A stretch of DNA of 46,360 nt from Actinomycetota bacterium. GTDB taxonomy: Bacteria; Actinomycetota; UBA4738; HRBIN12. The stretch is taken from positions 1-46,360 of the forward strand of contig JBDUEF010000003.1 of NCBI GenBank assembly GCA_040002535.1. Reading direction: 5' to 3'. Under the pieces are notes generated by a model. That model searched no databases. It saw only the letters and a list, made by a program, of their open reading frames with translations, and had not been told where the DNA came from. This document shows, piece after piece, positions 46,278 through 46,360 of the stretch. A program made the translations under genes and the position numbers. How positions within the stretch are numbered: the first letter of the stretch is position 1; the number at the start of each line of letters is the position of its first letter.

Positions 46278-46360
46278 ATGACGCTCGGCTACGACGGGAA
46301 GCTCCACATCCTCGCGTTCGACCACCGGGGATCGTTCCAGAAGAAGTTCTTCGGCGTCGA
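46278..46360 (+). CDS. 5' end of a DUF2090/IolC-associated aldolase-like protein (truncated by window edge)
   Basis: MTLGYDGKLHILAFDHRGSFQKKFFGV with LAFDHR motif; SD GGGAGG upstream. Confidence 0.7.
   Translation, partial: MTLGYDGKLHILAFDHRGSFQKKFFGV

Overview
High-GC, gene-dense chromosomal window from an Actinomycetota bacterium. Lineage is inferred from the Rv0049-ponA-Rv0051-like genes, the dnaK-grpE-dnaJ-hspR operon and many apparently leaderless genes. It looks origin-proximal and mostly core. In order it holds: a SnoaL-fused class III cyclase; a membrane-domain/FkbM methyltransferase fusion; small GNAT, VOC, DUF983 and cupin genes; DUF5318 and a class A PBP; two GT-C glycosyltransferases; a MerR-led classical menaquinone cluster (menG, F, D, A, B, E, with no menC/H/I in the window); three NarL-family two-component systems; panB; rpsF-ssb-rpsR-rplI; a DnaA-box cluster before dnaB; nth; tRNA-Gly(CCC); trpD; dcd; an Rv0338c/FadF-like Fe-S membrane oxidoreductase; dnaK-grpE-dnaJ-hspR-GNAT-clpB; DUF3137-like/lemA; an MFS transporter; and an MBL-fold hydrolase. 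I saw no CRISPR array, integrase, transposase or prophage gene. The best candidates for undescribed biology are (i) a structured 300-bp intergenic region after a NarL regulator, with a 14-bp hairpin exposing an anti-Shine-Dalgarno-like loop and a NarL-type 7-2-7 box (candidate TCS-controlled sRNA), (ii) a possible MerR regulon for menaquinone synthesis, and (iii) the membrane-sensor-like/FkbM fusion. All family calls come from recognising motifs by eye; no searches were run.
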